Positions 49,621 to 54,852 of a stretch of DNA of 54,852 bases are shown one piece after another. A program made the position numbers and the translations under genes. The notes beneath the pieces are model-generated. The model did not search any database, was not told the DNA's origin, and worked only from the letters and a program-made list of their open reading frames with translations. This stretch comes from Octopus bimaculoides (Eukaryota): NCBI RefSeq assembly GCF_001194135.2, contig NC_068987.1, positions 15,537,364 to 15,592,215 of the forward strand. Reading direction: 5' to 3'. The first letter of the stretch is position 1, and each line of letters starts with the position of its first letter.

Positions 49621-50836
49621 ATTGCTAAAATATTCCAAATTTAGAGCTTGTTGCTGTTTAGTTCTAGGTTAGCCTTGATCTAAAGGTGTTCCAGCTATAG
49701 CTATCCATTTTTTAAAGATATAAATGTAACTAGGACTACAATATTCAATGTGTCCTTACTTGTTTAGCCCCAAGTCAGTCCTGATGCAGTAGGCTTATGA
49801 TTAAAGGCATTCCAACTGTAACCATCCTGTCTTTGTTTTACAAATACAATTTATCTAAGACTACATCACCTGATATATCTTTTTAGAGTGTGATTTAAGG
49901 GAGTTGTAAGAGCTATTTCTAGCAGGTTGAATGACTGTATAAGAAGCATTTTTGTTGGTTTGTAATGAATGTTACCACATGTATATTCACATATTCAAAC
50001 CAGGATTTTTACAGGAATGGATGATTGGATAAAATATTGATCTCAAATTTTGGTAAAAGACCAGCAATTTTTGGGGAGGGGTAACTTCAGTTATATCGAT
50101 CCCAGTGTTCAACTGGGACTTATTTTATTGACCCCAGTGTTCAATTGGTACTTATTTTGTCAACCCTGAAAGGATGAAAGGCAAGTCAACCTTGGCAAAA
50201 AATGAATGGATAAGATATTATTGTTATGTGGTTAAAAAGTTTGTTTCCCACATAACAATGCCTGTTCAAGCTAACACAACGAAAAACATTCTATCATTTA
50301 AAAAAGAACACCAGCTGGTAAAAGACATTGGCAGATATTTTACTAGATTCTTGATTATTTTCAAAATTAACTGAAATTCGTGGAGTGTATTTTGTAATAA
50401 GAAATAGATTAGGTACCTGCGGAATGCAGATTTCAAACTAAAAAAAAAAACCGAAAAAAACATTGAATTAAAACTGAAACCAGATTATGAGAGAGGAGAT
50501 ATGGAATAAACTAAAAATATAAGGTTTGATGGCGAAAGATTATTGTATTTATTTTTTTAAAATACCTAAATAAAACAACCACAAAATAAAGATAATCAAA
50601 TTTGAAGGCTTTAAGTTAAGATCAGATTTTTCCAAGTGAAAATCTAGAGATTACACGTGAAATGCTGTTTGAAGAAAAATACAACAAAAAAAATAAATAA
50701 ATAAGGGGCTTTGGAAAGAAGATGAAAGAAAAAAAGAAGGAAACAATAGGAGAAAGAAACAAAGAGAAAAAAGATGAAGAAAGGGACAACAGTTGCAGCA
50801 GCAGGTAATAAAGAGGAGAAAACTCTGTCAACTTAC

Positions 50837-50995
50837 CTAGTATGGGACTTAACTGCTTCTCTTGGATCAGATACAAGTGACTCCAATCCATCATACATGT
50901 ACGGATACCACAGAGAAGCAAATAGCTTATTCCCAACAGAAAAAGAAATGGATCCAGAAACACAGATGTTACTTGTGAAATGTTAGTCTCATTTT
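50837..50995 (-). CDS. SLC37A4: SLC37A4-like exon
   Basis: Acceptor cttcctcttttccgaaAG and donor GTAAGT; 159 nt, phase 1->1. (K)NETNISQVTSVFLDPFLFLLGISYLLLCGIRTCMMDWSHLYLIQEKQLSPIL(G) vs human [37 protein letters not shown]. Confidence 0.93.
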
Positions 50996-52038
50996 CTTTC
51001 GGAAAAGAGGAAGTAAAAAAAAAAAACAAATGGTAAATTATAAAAATAGATTGAATTTGATAGTTGAGAGTGTGTCATCACACTTGATGCAGAAAAATTA
51101 ATAACAATTTACTTGTAAGTGATAAAAAAAGAAAAAACAAAACAAAAATGTTACCTTTCACCTTTTATTTCTTTCAGCCATTGGACTGTGGAAATGCTGG
51201 GGCACCACCTTGAAGGGTTTTGATGAATAATTCAACTACAGTACTTATTTGTTGTGATGGACCGACGTCCCATCCAACGAAACTGAGAAACTGGCCTTCT
51301 TGAGCCAGGCGTGGCCCAAGAAGGGAAAAACAACAACTTATCTGTAAGTCTACTACTTATTCTATCAATCTCTTTTGTCAAGTCGCTAAGTTATGGGGGC
51401 ATAAACAAACCAATACCATTTGTCAAGCAGGGATGGGGGACAACATATGATGCAAACACAAAAATACACACACAACCATACACACATACATACACACACA
51501 CGCATGCATACACGCACACACACATACATACATACACACACACATACATATACGCATGATGAGCCTGTCTAGACATGCAACTATATGCATGAGAATACAA
51601 ACATAAAACAAACCATACAAATCTGCACATATACATACATACATACATACATACATACATACATACAAAAATACCCTGTTGATGCTGTTGAAATTCCAAT
51701 GAAGGAGCCTTGGATCTAGGTTAGAAACCGGTCCTTTCTCTATTGGCAAGAAATCTTGAAATAAAACTGAATAATGACATACATACATACATTCATACAT
51801 AATACATTCATACATACATACATACATACATATTTACATATTAATACGTACATAAGTACATACATACATACATACATACACACACACATACATACATACA
51901 ACAGACTTCTTTCAGTTTTTGTCAACAAAATCCAACCACAAGGCTCTGGTCAGTCCAGGGCTATTATAGAGAAGACAATTACCCAAGGTGCTACACAATG
52001 GGGCTGAAGCAAGTGTACACATTTGTTTTTGTTTATTA

Positions 52039-52620
52039 TACGGGGTGTTCAGGCTAAATTTGATTTTTTGTCTCCTTTTTTTCAGGAACAGTTTCATGTG
52101 TTAGTGAACAGTTTGCAGTGTTGGAGAGCATAAAAACTGAAGTTGTAGTTGGCATGGAGGATTGAAAGCCATCTGAATACTGAAAAAGAGTTCCTGTATC
52201 GTGATGGTTTGTGCCAGGTATCAAAATTCTGACATCATGACAGCAGCTCAATGCTCTGTGAATATTGTAAAGGCCTGAAAGATATAACATGGACAGCTAC
52301 AACGGAGACTACAAAGCCGTGACCAGCAGGAAGAAACACATGCTGGAATTCATCCCCACATCTTTGAACAGGGCCTAAGGTTCAATTCATACAGCTACGT
52401 GAAGTTGCTGGAGACTGTGGTCAATCTTTGGGTGAAGAGAGTTGCTGCTGGAAGGTCACATGTGTGGCAGCAGGATCTGACTCCTTACCATACCTCTGGA
52501 AAGAGTCAGAAGTTGTTGTTAAACAACTTCACCAGACCCAATTCTAGCCTCCTAATTCCCCTGATTGTAATCCCATGGAAATGTGAAGAAGATACATCAG
52601 CTTGTGCATGAGGATAGACA
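52039..52620 (+). mobile_element. Tc1/mariner DD37D (maT/rosa-like) remnant
   Basis: TIR-like tacggggtgttcaggctaaa; peptide remnants VWQQDLTPYHTSGKSQ and PNSPDCNPM. Confidence 0.65.
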
Positions 52621-52624
52621 GAGG

Positions 52625-53090
52625 ACAATCAACAACGTTTTGAAGCATTTGAGGGAGGATAATTTGGTGAAAGCAAACCAGGTCTGTGGAACACAAGAAT
52701 TGGATTCTTCGTGATGACAATGCACCCTGTCATCAAGCTCCTCTCAATCGTGAGCTTCTCACCAAAAACAACATGGTATCACTTCTGCACCCACCCTATT
52801 CACCAGATTTAGCACCTATGGACCTCCATCTCTTCCTTCAAGATGAAAATGTAGCTCAAAGGTCACTGTTTCAACACTGTTGTCACAATCAAGGGCAAAT
52901 AGCAGAAGGTCCTCCACCCACTTACAGAAAACAACTTCCAGACCAGATTCCAGAAATGGTAGGAACTCTGGGACCAGTGTACTGCCACACAAGGTGACTA
53001 TTTCAAAGGAGATGACGTTAAAACTTAGGTAAATAAGTTATTTTTTATTAGATGTAACTAGTCTGGGAACTTTTTGATACCATCTTGCAC
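52625..53090 (+). mobile_element. Mariner transposase C-terminal remnant with right end
   Basis: NWILRDDNAPCH...LLHPPYSPDLAPMDLHLF, the catalytic DNA-x-H and YSPDLAP motifs. Confidence 0.9.
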
Positions 53091-53194
53091 ATAGGCATAT
53101 GTATATACACATTTATACAAGTGTGTGCATGTTTTTGTGTGTGTGTGTACTTTCTTGTATTTCCATTCTTAGCAAGATTAAGAAATGTTCTTAC

Positions 53195-53317
53195 TTTTGT
53201 TGAGGGATTTGTTTTTGTCACCAGAATGTTCTTCCAGATAGTTTTCCAAACCAAACTTCGATGGATCTTCATGCAGTGTGACAATAAATATGGCAGCCAG
53301 TAACATTGCACTACAAG
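53195..53317 (-). CDS. SLC37A4: SLC37A4-like exon (TM6 and start of central loop)
   Basis: Acceptor tatttctccttcAG and donor GTAAGA; 123 nt, phase 1->1. (A)CSAMLLAAIFIVTLHEDPSKFGLENYLEEHSGDKNKSLNK corresponds to human LLIHNEPADVGL. Absent from the ORF track; found by reading the minus strand. Confidence 0.88.
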
Positions 53318-53379
53318 CTGAAGGAGAAATACAAGATGTAAAAAGAAATCATTGAAATATCCAACCCACCCATCCATCA

Positions 53380-53426
<47 letters not shown>

Positions 53427-53796
53427 GGGTTTCTTTCAGTTTCCGACTACCAAATCCACTCACATGGCTTTGGTCAGTCCAAGGCTATAGTAGAAGACAT
53501 GTAGTTGAAAAGCAGACGTTAAATGATGATGATATACTTGAAAAAATGAATAGAAATTATTAGGTATTTACAAATAAATACCTAATGATTTATAAATATC
53601 TAATTATCAAATTGGAAAAAATATCAGAAAAGTCATTTCCATTCATTTTTTCAAATACATAATACTGTACCAAGGACTTTCTGTTTCTTATTCTTTGTGT
53701 GTGTGTGTGTGTGTGTGTGTAATGAAATACCAATTCTGCAGATTCCACTGCTTTTATTGAAGGATAGAAAATAAAATAAAGACATGTAATTGTTAC

Positions 53797-53932
53797 CTGG
53801 GATTATCATTCCTAATCTCCACCCGTAGTGAAGTGCAATGGTTGTGATGAAGAGAGGACCAATACTGCCAGATACATTGATGGATGTTGATAGTATGCTC
53901 CACACGGTAGCGAAGTTATCAGGAGGGAACCA
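53797..53932 (-). CDS. SLC37A4: Glucose-6-phosphate translocase SLC37A4-like, internal exon (most 5' exon visible)
   Basis: AG/GT bounded, 136 nt, phase 0->1. WFPPDNFATVWSILSTSINVSGSIGPLFITTIALHYGWRLGMIIP matches recalled human G6PT [26 protein letters not shown]...YSWR. Confidence 0.93.
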
Positions 53933-54140
53933 CTGGGTAGATCACAGACAGAGAGAGAGTGAGTAAGAGGAGAAAGAGAGAGAGGGGGGGTGAGTGTGAA
54001 AGTAAAAGAGATGAGAGTTTGGTGAAAGTAGGAGGGAAAAGAGAAAGGTAAAGAACAAGAAGGAAAGAAAAAATGGAAGAGTAAAATGTGAGAGAGAGAT
54101 TGTGTGTGTGTACGACAGATATAATAGTGGAAGAAATACA

Positions 54141-54346
54141 CAAGGGGATGCTGAAAAGTTCCTGGCTTTAAGGGTATTGCAAAGGCCTGGTTGGAGGACC
54201 AACCTTCCAATTTATTTTATAGAACTTAGAAAATCTGAAGGACCTCTGCAATAATCATGTGAATCTGAGAAGGGAATATGTTGAATAAAATCATAATTAA
54301 CTGATTTTCTTTTACCCAAAGCCAGGAACTTTTCAGTACCCCCTTG
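54141..54346. mobile_element. Mariner-type MITE (206 bp)
   Basis: 29-bp TIRs caaggggatgctgaaaagttcctggcttt / caagggggtactgaaaagttcctggcttt; TA on the right flank (CA on the left). Confidence 0.88.
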
Positions 54347-54499
54347 TATGAGAGAGTAGGAAGGAGTTACAGAGAGACAAGTCTTGAGAGGGTGATACAA
54401 AAATGACAATCTGAGAGGGATAGGCACCAGAATTGAAAAGAGTGTTAGTGGGAGGTATAGACACCAGAACTGAAGAAGTGTTAGTGTGAGAGTGAAAGA

Positions 54500-54852
54500 G
54501 ATAGTAGTTGTTGGCACTCCGTCGCTTACGACGTCGAGGGTTCCAGTTGATCTGATCAAAGGAACAGCCTGCTTGTGAAATTAACGTGCAAGTGGCTGAG
54601 CATTCCACAGACACGTGTACCCTTAACGTAGTTCTCGGGGATATTCAGCGTAACACAGAGTGACAAGGCTGACCCTTTGAATTACAGGCACAACAGAAAC
54701 AGGGAGTAAGAGTGAGAGAAAGTTGTAGTGAAAGAGTACAGCAGGATTCGCCACCATCCCCTGCCGGAGCTTCGTGGAGCTTTAGGTGTTTTCGCTCAAT
54801 AAACACTCACAATGCCCGGTCTGGGAATCGAAACCGTGATCCTATGACCGCA
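54500..54852 (-). mobile_element. tRNA-derived SINE (family C), running off the window end
   Basis: Reverse complement of the 93-402 element (shared gcacgttaa, gtgctcagccac, cactctgtg, ctgggaatcgaaacc). Confidence 0.85.

Overview
Eukaryotic, AT-rich, repeat-dense draft genomic DNA with eight N gaps. The SINE repertoire and (TA)n/(CA)n/(ATT)n load suggest a coleoid cephalopod (Octopus-like); that is inference. Two protein-coding genes are well supported. (1) Two spliced exons of a DHHC palmitoyltransferase on + (7545-7717, 8462-8627; intact DHHC-CRD, most like the invertebrate Patsas/ankyrin-DHHC type); its other exons lie outside the window or probably in gaps. (2) The last seven coding exons of an SLC37A4 (glucose-6-phosphate/Pi antiporter) orthologue on - (53932 down to the stop at 44723), all GT-AG and phase-compatible. 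The rest is mostly mobile DNA: at least five SINE families, Tc1/mariner remnants and MITEs, piggyBac-like TTAA MITEs, hAT MITEs, and Penelope, R4/Dong, RTE and CR1/L2 fragments, plus mini- and microsatellites. The most unusual structures are two unrelated mariner derivatives each built from two copies of the element's LEFT end (one with a perfect 34-bp fold-back at the junction), head-to-tail SINE arrays whose (ATT)n tails host R4/Dong fragments, a tandem double-hairpin module in a young retroposon, and a tentative unrecognised + strand exon chain at 28-41 kb. No CRISPR, rRNA or genuine tRNA gene is supported. No databases were searched; family assignments rest on recalled motifs.
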